From Candidatus Effluviviaceae Genus V sp. (GTDB lineage: Bacteria; Joyebacterota; Joyebacteria; Joyebacterales; Joyebacteraceae), in assembly GCA_014728125.1 (NCBI GenBank), contig WJMD01000014.1:2202-66201 (forward strand): a DNA stretch of 64,000 bases. The letters run 5' to 3'. Positions 27,681 to 37,099 of this stretch are shown here, one piece after another. A model generated the notes under the pieces. It saw only the letters and a list, made by a program, of their open reading frames with translations, did no database searches and was not told the DNA's origin. Both the position numbers and the translations under genes were made by a program. Each line of letters opens with the position of its first letter. Position 1 is the stretch's first letter.

Positions 27681-30053
27681 GTGGAGATAGCCCGGTTCCT
27701 CGAGTCCCTCCGGCATCACAGGTACTACCGCGGGCAGATCGCTCACATCGAGGCCGTGCCGGCCCGCGAGGCGCGGTACGGTGAGCTTGGACGGCCGCTG
27801 CCCGGGCCGCTCGCCTCCGCCCTGTCGGCCGCCGGCATCGAGCGGCTCTACTCGCACCAGGTCGAGTCGATCGACGCGGTGCGGCGGGGGGAGAACGTCG
27901 TCGTCGTGACGGGCACAGCGTCCGGGAAGACGCTCTGCTACAACGTCCCGGTCATCGAGACGCTTCTCGAGGAGCCCTCCTCGAAGGCGCTCTACCTCTT
28001 TCCCACGAAGGCCCTCGCGCAGGACCAGCAGCGGGGGCTTCTCCGGCTGCGCGAACTCGACGCACGCATCGGAGGAGCAGTGCGGTCGGGGACCTACGAC
28101 GGCGACACCACGCGGCACACGCGACGGAAGCTCCGCGACGAGGGGAACATCATCCTCTCGAACCCCGACATGCTGCACGCGGCCATCCTCCCGTACCACG
28201 CCAAGTGGAACCGGTTCTTCAAGGACCTGAAGTACGTCGTGGTCGACGAGATCCACACGTACCGCGGCATCTTCGGCTCGAACGTCGCCAACGTCCTCAG
28301 GAGGCTCCGGCGCGTCTGTGAACACTACGGCTCGCAGCCTCAGTTCATCGCCTCGAGCGCCACGATCGCCAACCCCGGCGAGCTGGCCGAGGGTCTGACG
28401 GGCCTTCCGTTCAGGACGGTCGACACGGACGGGAGTCCCAGGGGGCGGAAGTACTTCGTGCTCTGGAATCCGCCCTTCCTCGATGAGGCCGAGATGGAGC
28501 GCAGAAGCTCGAACGTCGAGGGGCACTGGCTCATGGCCGAGCTCATCGCGGCCGGGTTCCAGACGATCGCCTTCGGCCGGGCGCGCGTGGTCGCCGAGCT
28601 CATCTACCGGTACGCCAAAGACACCCTGGCCCGGACCAAGCCCGAGTATGCCCGGAAGATCCGCCCGTACCGGGGAGGCTATCTCCCCGAGGAGCGGCGC
28701 GAGATCGAGCGGCAGCTCTTCAGTGGAGAGCTGATGGGCGTGGCGAGCACCAACGCGCTCGAGCTCGGCATCGATGTCGGGAGCTTGGACGCCGCCATCA
28801 TCGTCGGCTTCCCGGGCACGATCGCGAGTTCGTGGCAGCAGGCGGGCAGGGCCGGGCGAACCTCCGACGAGTCGCTGGCCGTCCTCGTCGGCTACAACGA
28901 CCCGATCGACCAGTACCTCATGCGCCACGGCGAGTACTTCTTCAGCCAGTCGCCGGAGAGCGCCGTCATCGACCCGGAGAACCGCTACATCCTGGCCAAG
29001 CACCTGCGGTGCGCAGCCTTCGAGCTGCCGGTGACCGGTCGTGACGCCGAGCTCTTCGGCGACCTGACGGAGCCGATCCTCGCGCTCCTGGAGGAGTTCC
29101 ATGAGGTCCGCGAGCTCGACGGACGCCACTACTGGGCATCGACCGAGTATCCGGCGCGCCAGGTGAGCCTCCGGACCATCTCGGACGACACGTACACCAT
29201 CGTCGACGTCGGCGACGAGAACCGGACGGTCGGCGTCGTCGACGGCGTGTCGGCGCTCGAACTCGTCTACCCCGAGGCCATCTACCTGCATGAGGGGGAG
29301 ACCTACTTCGTGCGCGATCTCGACCTGGAGCAGAAGATTGCGTACGTCGAGAAGAAGGAGGTCGACTACTACACGCAGCCGATCCTCGAGTCATCCATCC
29401 GCGTCGAAGGGGAACGGGAGCACACCGCACGATCGGACGGAAGGCTGGTCTTCGGGGACGCGACCGTCACGTGGATGACGGCCGCCTTCAAGAAGATCCA
29501 GTTCTACAAGATGGACTCGATCGGCTGGTCGAACCTCGACCTGCCTCCGTTCCATCTGGAGACCCACGCGCTCTGGTTCATTCCCTCGAAGGAGATGATG
29601 GCGTCGGTGCGCGAGCGGGGCAGGAACCCGGTCGAGGGGCTTGTCGGCATACGGAACATGGCGATCAGCGTGCTGCCGCTCTTCGCCATGTGCGACCGAC
29701 GGGACATCGGGGGGATCGTCGAAAGCTCCAACACCGGGGCTCCGACGATGTTCCTCTACGACCGCTACGAGGGCGGTCTCGGGTTCGTCGAGCAGGGCTA
29801 CCGCCGCTTCGACGAACTCCTTACGGGGTGTCTCGATCTCGTCGAGGAGTGTCCGTGCGAGGACGGCTGTCCGTCGTGCGTCGGGCTCCCGGTGCTCAGA
29901 CCCCCGGTGCAGCAGGACCCCGACTCGCAGGGAGGCTGGCCGATCCCCGATAAGGAGTCGGCGCGCCTTCTGCTTCGGTCCATCCTTGGGGTTACTGCTC
30001 GGGAAGCCCCTCGGCCAGGACCTGGAAGTGATGCCCGGCGATCGCCAGCGTGA
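27681..30053 (+). CDS. mrfA: DEAD/DEAH-box helicase with C-terminal DUF1998 Cys4 zinc module (MrfA/YprA-like DNA repair helicase)
   Basis: Walker A GTASGKT, DExH VVVDEIH, the helicase C domain, and C-terminal ECPCEDGCPSC. Confidence 0.8.
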   Translation: MEIARFLESLRHHRYYRGQIAHIEAVPAREARYGELGRPLPGPLASALSAAGIERLYSHQVESIDAVRRGENVVVVTGTASGKTLCYNVPVIETLLEEPSSKALYLFPTKALAQDQQRGLLRLRELDARIGGAVRSGTYDGDTTRHTRRKLRDEGNIILSNPDMLHAAILPYHAKWNRFFKDLKYVVVDEIHTYRGIFGSNVANVLRRLRRVCEHYGSQPQFIASSATIANPGELAEGLTGLPFRTVDTDGSPRGRKYFVLWNPPFLDEAEMERRSSNVEGHWLMAELIAAGFQTIAFGRARVVAELIYRYAKDTLARTKPEYARKIRPYRGGYLPEERREIERQLFSGELMGVASTNALELGIDVGSLDAAIIVGFPGTIASSWQQAGRAGRTSDESLAVLVGYNDPIDQYLMRHGEYFFSQSPESAVIDPENRYILAKHLRCAAFELPVTGRDAELFGDLTEPILALLEEFHEVRELDGRHYWASTEYPARQVSLRTISDDTYTIVDVGDENRTVGVVDGVSALELVYPEAIYLHEGETYFVRDLDLEQKIAYVEKKEVDYYTQPILESSIRVEGEREHTARSDGRLVFGDATVTWMTAAFKKIQFYKMDSIGWSNLDLPPFHLETHALWFIPSKEMMASVRERGRNPVEGLVGIRNMAISVLPLFAMCDRRDIGGIVESSNTGAPTMFLYDRYEGGLGFVEQGYRRFDELLTGCLDLVEECPCEDGCPSCVGLPVLRPPVQQDPDSQGGWPIPDKESARLLLRSILGVTAREAPRPGPGSDARRSPA

Positions 30054-31476
30054 TCGCGATCGGGTAGGCGCGCGGGCGTCTGAACAGCGTCCACCACAGC
30101 AGTCCATGGTAACGCCAGCCGTCGCGCCGGGCGAAACCCAGCTTGATGAGCGCGTTGAAGTAGGCCCGGATGTGCCAGCCCCGGAGCCTCGGAGGGCGGC
30201 GCCGAGGCGGTCGGTAGTTTCTCATGAACGTGCGGATCCTCGCGTAGTACTGGTCGGCGGAGTAGATCCTGCGCAGCAGACGGCGGTATCCGCTCCGGAG
30301 CGTGGAGGGGTCCATTCGGGTGACGACGTTCGTCAGGCCGTTGACATTGTCGCCGCTCATCTCGCCGGCAATGCGTCCCTCGTCCCTGAGCCTCTCGAAC
30401 AGCTTCGTGCCTGCAGGCGCCTGGAGCACGCCGACCATCGCCGTTGTGATGCCGCTCTGCTGGATGAAGTCGCTCATCCGTTCGAAGACGGTCGGCTCGT
30501 CGTGGTCGAACCCGACGATGAACCCGCCCGTGACCATGAGCCCGGAGCGCTGGATACGGTGAATGTCCTCGAGGAGGTCGCGATTCTGGTTCTGCCGCTT
30601 ATTGCACTCGGAGAGGCTGGCCTCGTCGACCGTCTCGATGCCGATGAAGACCGAGTCGAATCCCGCCTTGACCATCATCGCCATCAGCTCGGGGTCGTCG
30701 GCGATCTCGATGCCGATCTGTGTGCCGAACGTGAGGGGGTCCTTCCCCTTGCGCCACTCGATGAGCGCGGGGAGGAGTTCCTCCTTCAGGATGCGGGGAC
30801 GTCCGGCCAGGTTGTCGTCGACGAAGTTGATCGAGCCGCGCCACCCGGAGTCGTAGATGGCGTCGAGCTCCGCCATTACCTGCTGCGGGGTCTTCGTGCG
30901 CCACCGATGTCCGAAGAGCTGGGTGACGCTGCAGAAGTCGCAGTTGTGCGGGCAGCCTCGGGAGTACTGGATCGATCGGTTCGTGTACGCCCGGTCGTCC
31001 ACGATGTCCCACCTCGGAACCGGGGACTCCGTGATGTCGGGAAACTCATCCGACGTGTAGAGGTGCTTCGCCTCGCCGTTGGCCAGGTCTTCGAGGAAAC
31101 GGGGGAGGGTGATCTCACCCTCGTTGAGAACGAGGTGGTCGACGTCGTCGAACATCTCGGGCTCGGTCGTGAAGAGGGGACCGCCCGCGATGGTCATGAC
31201 GCCCTTGGGCTTCACGCGGTCGATGATCCGCCTGGCCGCGTCGCGCTGGATAACCATGCCGCTCAGGAGCACGGCGTCGGCCCAGTCGATGTCGGCGTCC
31301 GTCAGGTCCTCGATGTTGAGATCGACCAGCCTGAGCGACCAGTCATCGGGCAGCATGGCCGCGACAGTCGCCAGACCGAGCGGCGGCGCGGTCGCCTTCT
31401 TCCCGGCCAACGCGAGCGCGTGCTTCATGCTCCAGAAGGTGTCCGGGAACTCTGGGAAGACGAGTAGAGCGTTCAT
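29992..31476 (-). CDS. B12-binding domain radical SAM protein (with DUF4070-like C-terminus)
   Basis: CPHNCDFC (CxxxCxxC) follows an N-terminal B12-binding Rossmann domain. The start is ATG 31476 (GGGAG RBS) rather than the ORF-track 31488. Its stop overlaps the helicase 3' end convergently. Confidence 0.8.
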   Translation of the reverse strand: MNALLVFPEFPDTFWSMKHALALAGKKATAPPLGLATVAAMLPDDWSLRLVDLNIEDLTDADIDWADAVLLSGMVIQRDAARRIIDRVKPKGVMTIAGGPLFTTEPEMFDDVDHLVLNEGEITLPRFLEDLANGEAKHLYTSDEFPDITESPVPRWDIVDDRAYTNRSIQYSRGCPHNCDFCSVTQLFGHRWRTKTPQQVMAELDAIYDSGWRGSINFVDDNLAGRPRILKEELLPALIEWRKGKDPLTFGTQIGIEIADDPELMAMMVKAGFDSVFIGIETVDEASLSECNKRQNQNRDLLEDIHRIQRSGLMVTGGFIVGFDHDEPTVFERMSDFIQQSGITTAMVGVLQAPAGTKLFERLRDEGRIAGEMSGDNVNGLTNVVTRMDPSTLRSGYRRLLRRIYSADQYYARIRTFMRNYRPPRRRPPRLRGWHIRAYFNALIKLGFARRDGWRYHGLLWWTLFRRPRAYPIAITLAIAGHHFQVLAEGLPEQ

Positions 31477-31787
31477 AGGGACTCCCATATCGTGTCTGGT
31501 TCATCCGGAGTCCGCGGGGCCTTCACGGTCGTGCCGGCTGAGGAAGCCGCGGGAGGTCGTCCGAATCCGGTACAGCGCAGAGCGGTCAGGTGCGACCCGC
31601 GCCGCGCATCGTGTCCGAGGTTGCTTCACGCTCCACCATCAGATTAGCGGGCTTCATCCCGGCTGTCAAACTCTTTCGTGTACGAATAATGTCGCTCGCC
31701 CTCGGGCCGCTCCTGCGCTATAGTGGTTGTGCATGGTACCGTACGGCCCCTCGCAGCGACCACATCAAGCCCGCAGGGAGGCATCAG

Positions 31788-32468
31788 GTGGGGTGGACGC
31801 CACACAAGCTCGGAACGGACCTCACAGCAGAAAGCGCGTGTCTCGGGTTCGCCGAGGCCAACTGCTACATCGTCGGTGAGCCCGGGGGGGAGGCCGTCGT
31901 CGTCGATCCGGGGTCGTCCGAGCCCCGGGACGTCGAAGCGATCGCCTGGAGGATCAGGGAACTCGGCCTGACGGTCCGGGAGATCGTCAACACACACGGG
32001 CATCCCGATCACATGGCCGGGAACGACCTCCTCAAGCGGCGGCTCAACGCGACGGTAGCCGTTCACACGCTGGACGCCATGAAGCTGACCGACCCCGTGA
32101 AGAACGCGTCGACGCTCTTCGGTATGGAGATCTACGTCGACCCGCCCGACCGGCTTCTCGAGGACGGGGACGTCGTTCGCTTCGGCCGGCACGAGCTGGC
32201 GGTGCTTCACACGCCGGGCCACAGCGCCGGCGGGATCGCGCTTCTGGGAGACGGATTCGTTCTGACGGGCGACACGCTCTTCGCGGGGTCGATAGGGCGT
32301 TCCGATCTTCCGTGTTCGAGCGACGAGGGCTCGATCGCCTACGAGGTCCTCATGAAGTCGATCAGGGAGAGGCTCATGTCGCTTCCGGACGAGACCGTCG
32401 TGCTTCCGGGTCACGGTCCGGCGACGACCATCGGCGACGAGCGCCGCACGAACCCCTTCGTGCGGTGA
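31788..32468 (+). CDS. MBL-fold metallo-hydrolase (glyoxalase II-like)
   Basis: THGHPDH metal-binding motif plus downstream His/Asp ligands (HTPGHSAGG, GDTLFAGSIGRSD). GTG 31788 with GGGAGG RBS. Confidence 0.75.
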   Translation: MGWTPHKLGTDLTAESACLGFAEANCYIVGEPGGEAVVVDPGSSEPRDVEAIAWRIRELGLTVREIVNTHGHPDHMAGNDLLKRRLNATVAVHTLDAMKLTDPVKNASTLFGMEIYVDPPDRLLEDGDVVRFGRHELAVLHTPGHSAGGIALLGDGFVLTGDTLFAGSIGRSDLPCSSDEGSIAYEVLMKSIRERLMSLPDETVVLPGHGPATTIGDERRTNPFVR

Positions 32469-32516
32469 TGTACTGACACCGCCCCGAATCGGGGCGCTTC
32501 TCCACGGGGGAGTCCC

Positions 32517-33578
32517 TTGAAGCTGACCCACCACGTTCTGGAGGTCGTGCCGAGACACGTCTTCAGGACCGCGCGGAACACGAGCGCATCCAGCGAGATC
32601 GTCGTCGTCGAGCTTGCGTCGGGAGACCTGACGGGACTCGGCGAGGCCGCTCCCTCGCGCTTCTACGGTGAGGATGCGGGCACCGTCATCGACTGGCTGG
32701 AGCACATGCGTCCGGCGGTCGAGGACTGTCTGCACGAATCGGAGCTGATGGCCCTCCTGACGTCGCACGGCGGCACCGACCATCCGTCCGCCCGCGCCTC
32801 GCTGGAGATCGCGGCACACGACATGCTGGGCAGGCGTCTCGGCGTTCCACTCTACGAGTACTTCGAGCTCGATCCCGCGCGGACGCCGACCACGACCGTC
32901 AGTATCGGCCTCGACGAGCCGGACGAAATGGTCCGGAAGGCCCTCGAGGTCGCGGGGTTCCCACTCCTCAAGATCAAGCTCTCGTCCACGACCGGCACGG
33001 AGGTCGTACGGCGCATCCGCGAGGAGACCGGCGCGGACGTCACCGTCGACGCGAACTGCGGTTGGTCGCGCGAGGAGGCCGTCGAGCGCGCCGCGGAGCT
33101 CTCCGAGATCGGCGTGCTCTTCATAGAACAGCCGGTGGCGGCCGACGACGTCGAGGGGCTCGCCCATGTGCGGGAGCGCTCCGGTGTGCCTGTCTATGCC
33201 GACGAGAGCTGCCCGACGAGCGCCGAGCTGGAGAGAGTGTCGGGTGCCGTCGACGGCATCGTCATTAAGCTGATGAAGTGCGGAGGGCTCATTGAGGCCG
33301 TCCGGATGGCCCGTACCGCACGGGAACGCGGTCTGGGAACGATGATCGGATGCATGCTGGAGAGCTCGCTTGCCCTGACGGCGGCCGCCCACATCTCGCC
33401 GCTCGTCGACTACGCCGACCTCGACAGCGGGTTCCTACTCAGGGAGGATCCGTTCGTCGGCATGACGATCGACCACGGGACGATGAGATTGCCCGGAGGG
33501 CCCGGCCTGGGTGTGACGGCTCGGACGGGCGGATCGTACACGACCGGGGTCGATAGGGGTGACGATGCGGCCTCGTGA
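32517..33578 (+). CDS. Enolase-superfamily dipeptide epimerase (L-Ala-D/L-Glu epimerase-like)
   Basis: MR/MLE-type metal ligands and the KxK region (LLKIKLS), DANCGW, IEQP, and KLMKCGG near the C-terminus. Confidence 0.65.
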   Translation: MKLTHHVLEVVPRHVFRTARNTSASSEIVVVELASGDLTGLGEAAPSRFYGEDAGTVIDWLEHMRPAVEDCLHESELMALLTSHGGTDHPSARASLEIAAHDMLGRRLGVPLYEYFELDPARTPTTTVSIGLDEPDEMVRKALEVAGFPLLKIKLSSTTGTEVVRRIREETGADVTVDANCGWSREEAVERAAELSEIGVLFIEQPVAADDVEGLAHVRERSGVPVYADESCPTSAELERVSGAVDGIVIKLMKCGGLIEAVRMARTARERGLGTMIGCMLESSLALTAAAHISPLVDYADLDSGFLLREDPFVGMTIDHGTMRLPGGPGLGVTARTGGSYTTGVDRGDDAAS

Positions 33579-34371
33579 CGCGTTCAAGGAGAGACTCGCC
33601 TCGCTGGCGCGTCGGGAGGGAGCCGGGAAGGACCCCCGGGAGGAGCCTCCGCGGGACCTCGACGGCCTCAGGGGCAGCAGCCTCCAGAACGGCGTACTCA
33701 TCGTCGAGCGGAGCCTCGACGAACTCGCGTCGCGTGCCGAGGCGGAGGCCCTGGGGCGCCGGCTCTCGGAAGCGAGGAGCGCGGAGCGTGGACGGGACGA
33801 CCTGCACGACGAGATCCGCAGGCTCGTCCGGTGCCCCGACGAGGCGATCTTCGTCGACACGGAGACGACGGGTCTGTCGGGCAACATGGTCTTTCTCCTC
33901 GGGACGATGCGGGTCTCCGGAGGGCGGGTCACGCTCCGCCAGGTGTTCGCGAGGGACTACCGCGAGGAGCCCGCGCTTCTGGAAGAGTGGCTGCGGCTTC
34001 TCGCCGGATCATCGATGATCGTGTCGTTCAACGGAAAGTCGTTTGATCTCCCGGTCCTCCGCGACCGGTTCGCCCTGCACGGGCTCGACCCACCGGAGGA
34101 ACCGGTCCACGTCGATCTGCTGCATCACTCGCGCCGCCGGTGGCGGGGCGTTCTGCCGGACTGCCGGCTACAGACGCTCGAGTGGCGCGTGTGCGGCCGA
34201 CGCCGGACGGGAGACATCCCGGGCGACGAGATCCCGGCCGCGTACCACCGGTTCGTCAGGACGGGGGATTCTACGGACATGCTCACGGTCTTCCATCACA
34301 ACGCGCTCGATCTGGTCACGCTCGCCGACATCGCCGCCGCGCTGACGGCACCGGAGGACGGACCTGCATGA
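33559..34371 (+). CDS. mrfB: RNase H-like 3'-5' exonuclease, YprB/MrfB-like
   Basis: Exo I motif IFVDTETTGL, Exo II SFNGKSFDLPVL, and a distal HHNALD motif. The start overlaps the epimerase stop. ATG 33565 is an alternative start. Confidence 0.6.
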   Translation: MTMRPRDAFKERLASLARREGAGKDPREEPPRDLDGLRGSSLQNGVLIVERSLDELASRAEAEALGRRLSEARSAERGRDDLHDEIRRLVRCPDEAIFVDTETTGLSGNMVFLLGTMRVSGGRVTLRQVFARDYREEPALLEEWLRLLAGSSMIVSFNGKSFDLPVLRDRFALHGLDPPEEPVHVDLLHHSRRRWRGVLPDCRLQTLEWRVCGRRRTGDIPGDEIPAAYHRFVRTGDSTDMLTVFHHNALDLVTLADIAAALTAPEDGPA

Positions 34372-34550
34372 CGGCGCAGGTTGGGATCAGAGGCATACGG
34401 TTGTGGATGGATGGTGGACAAGACGCCCGAGGCCCGTGGATGAACGGTGTGCCGCACGGGGAGAAGACGTGTGCCCGGTGTGGACAACAGCGGTCCCGGT
34501 GCTCTAGGGTGTGACGGACAGACAGGGCGGGGTGCACAAGGGGAGGTTCA

Positions 34551-36212
34551 ATGGCAGGACGCGACGTGTTCACGTTTCTCGTAGGGGGTCAGGCGGGCCA
34601 GGGCGTCAAGAGCGCCGCCGGCGCGGCCTCCGAGATCATCGCAGGACTCGGGAGGGAGACCTTCCAGCTCGACGACTACCAGAGCCTGATCCGGGGCGGG
34701 CACAGCTTCTCGGTCGTCTCCTCGGCGCCCGATGCGATCTCGAGCCAGTACGGACGGGCCGATCTCGTCGTGGCGCTCGATGCCCGGAGCTACGACGAGC
34801 ACAGGGGCGACCTCGCGGAGGGCGGCGTCCTCGTGAGGAACAGCGACGAGGTCGAGGAGGGTGACGGGATCGGCGTTCCGATCACCTCGGCCGCGGAGGA
34901 GTACCCCCGGCCGATGCTCCGTTCAGGCGTGGCGGCCGTCGCCGTGCTCTGTTCGGCTCTCGGCAAGGACGAGGGCGCTCTCGCCGAGACGATCGCCCGC
35001 ATCTACTCGAAGGACTCGGAGAACAACGTCGCGTTCGCGAAGGCCGTCTACGGATCGGTCAACGACGATCTCAACGGACGGTTCGAGCTCGACGGCGACG
35101 GCAGCGCTCGGACGGTCCTCGCAGGCTCGCAGGCCGTCTGCCTCGGCGCCGCGGCGGCCGGTCTCGACGTCTATATCGCCTATCCGATGACTCCGGCGTC
35201 GCCCCTTCTGCACTTCCTGTCGGCGCACGACGAGGACCTCTCCGTGGTGACGGTCCATCCCGAGAGCGAGATCGCGGTCGCGAACATGGCCCTGGGTTGT
35301 GCGATGGCCGGGGCCCGCGCGATGGTCGGAACGAGCGGCGGCGGCTACGCCCTGATGGAGGAGGCGTTCTCGCTCGCCGGGATGTCGGAGAGCCCCTGCC
35401 TCTTCTTCCTCGGGCAGCGCTCGGGCCCCGCGACCGGCGTCCCGACCTACACGGAGCAGGGCGATCTGCGCTTCGCGATCCACGCCGGTCACGGGGAGTT
35501 CGCGCGCATCGTTGCGTCGCCCGGTGACGTCGCCGAGGCCTTCCGCCTCTCTGCCGAGCTTCTCGATCTTGCGTGGCGCTTCCAGAGTCCGGCGGTCCTG
35601 TTGTCCGACAAGCACCTGTCGGAGTGCACCGCGACCGCCGAGATCGTCCTCGACGACGCCGCGTGGGCCGAGCCCGTGATGCACGAGGGCGGCGACTACG
35701 TGCGCTACGCCGACACGAAGAACGGCGTCTCGCCGCTTCTTTTCCCGCCCTCGGGCGAGATGATCAAGTGGACGAGCTACGAGCACGACGAGCGGGGTGT
35801 CACGACGGAGGAAGCCGGGATGATCGCCCGGATGCACGAGAAGCGCCAGCGGAAGACCGAGGCGCTCGAGGAACACGTCCGGTCGCTTCATACGGTCAAC
35901 AGGTTCGGTGAGAAGGGGCCGCTCATTTTCACGTACGGCTCGACGACGATGTCCGTTCTCGAGGCCGTGCGAGCAGGCTCGCTCGAGGCGCGGGTCGTCC
36001 AGCCGATCTACCTGGAGCCGTTCCCCTCGTGGCAGCTCGAAGAGTTCCGGGGTGAGCACGCGGTCGTCGTCGAGGCCAGCGTCGGAGGTCAGTTCGCCCG
36101 CTTCCTCGAGGAGAAGGCGGGGCTCGTGGTCGACAAGGTCATCAGGCGCTACGACGGCCGTCCGTTCGATCCCGTCGAGCTCGCGGACGAGCTCGGGAAG
36201 TCGTCTGCCTGA
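34551..36212 (+). CDS. korA: 2-oxoacid:ferredoxin oxidoreductase subunit alpha (fused gamma-alpha, KorA/PorA-like)
   Basis: Gamma-domain GGQAGQGVKSAAG at the N-terminus, followed by the alpha-subunit domain. AAGGGGAGG RBS. Confidence 0.8.
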   Translation: MAGRDVFTFLVGGQAGQGVKSAAGAASEIIAGLGRETFQLDDYQSLIRGGHSFSVVSSAPDAISSQYGRADLVVALDARSYDEHRGDLAEGGVLVRNSDEVEEGDGIGVPITSAAEEYPRPMLRSGVAAVAVLCSALGKDEGALAETIARIYSKDSENNVAFAKAVYGSVNDDLNGRFELDGDGSARTVLAGSQAVCLGAAAAGLDVYIAYPMTPASPLLHFLSAHDEDLSVVTVHPESEIAVANMALGCAMAGARAMVGTSGGGYALMEEAFSLAGMSESPCLFFLGQRSGPATGVPTYTEQGDLRFAIHAGHGEFARIVASPGDVAEAFRLSAELLDLAWRFQSPAVLLSDKHLSECTATAEIVLDDAAWAEPVMHEGGDYVRYADTKNGVSPLLFPPSGEMIKWTSYEHDERGVTTEEAGMIARMHEKRQRKTEALEEHVRSLHTVNRFGEKGPLIFTYGSTTMSVLEAVRAGSLEARVVQPIYLEPFPSWQLEEFRGEHAVVVEASVGGQFARFLEEKAGLVVDKVIRRYDGRPFDPVELADELGKSSA

Positions 36213-36244
36213 CACCCCCGGACAGCGAAACCAAGGAGCCACAT

Positions 36245-37099
36245 ATGAGCCGGCAGTACACGACCGACGCAACGATCACGTGGTGCCCGGGGTGCGGCAA
36301 CTTCGGCATCAAGACGGCGTACGGGCAGGCCGTGGACAAGCTCGCCGGGAGGGGCGTTCCGACGGAACGGCTTGTCATGACGGCGGGCATCGGACAGCAC
36401 GCGAAGATGTTCGACTACGTCACGACGTCGGGGTTCTACTCCCTGCACGGACGGGCGCTCGCGACCGCCCAGGGCATCAAGATCGGCAATCCGGAGCTCA
36501 AGGTCGTCTCGTTCGTCGGGGACGGCGACTCGCTCGGCGAGGGGATCGCGCACTTCGTGTTCGCCGCGAAGCGGAACAGCGACATCACGGTCATCTGCCA
36601 CAACAACGGCGTCTACGCCCTCACGACGGGACAGCGCGCACCGACGAGTCCCCGAGGCTTCAAGGGTCCGTCGACGCCGCACGGGAACGTGGAGGAACCG
36701 CTCAACCCGCTGGTCGTGGCGTTGGAGTCGGGCGCGACCTTCGTGGCGAGAGGCTACTCAGGGAAGCTCGAGCAGCTGGCCGACCTCATCGTCGAGGGCG
36801 TGCTCCATGAGGGGTTCGCCTACATCGATGTCCTGCAGCCGTGCGTCACGTTCAACAACCTGTTCGACCACTACAACGAGAACACCTACGATCTCGAGGA
36901 ACCGGCCGACTCGTTCGGCGCGGCTCTCGAGGTCGCCCGCGAGACAGAGAAGCTCGCGACCGGCATCATCTACAGAAGGAAGGCGCCCTCGCACGAGGCC
37001 GCCCTTCTCGGTCAACGGGTCCCCGCCAGGGACCGCCCGACGAAGGCCGCCCGTCGTGAGCAGGTCGCAGGGCTGCTGAAGAGCATGGAGATCGCATGA
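36245..37099 (+). CDS. korB: 2-oxoacid:ferredoxin oxidoreductase subunit beta (TPP-binding, KorB/PorB-like)
   Basis: WCPGCGNFG and GDGD TPP-binding motifs. Confidence 0.85.
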   Translation: MSRQYTTDATITWCPGCGNFGIKTAYGQAVDKLAGRGVPTERLVMTAGIGQHAKMFDYVTTSGFYSLHGRALATAQGIKIGNPELKVVSFVGDGDSLGEGIAHFVFAAKRNSDITVICHNNGVYALTTGQRAPTSPRGFKGPSTPHGNVEEPLNPLVVALESGATFVARGYSGKLEQLADLIVEGVLHEGFAYIDVLQPCVTFNNLFDHYNENTYDLEEPADSFGAALEVARETEKLATGIIYRRKAPSHEAALLGQRVPARDRPTKAARREQVAGLLKSMEIA

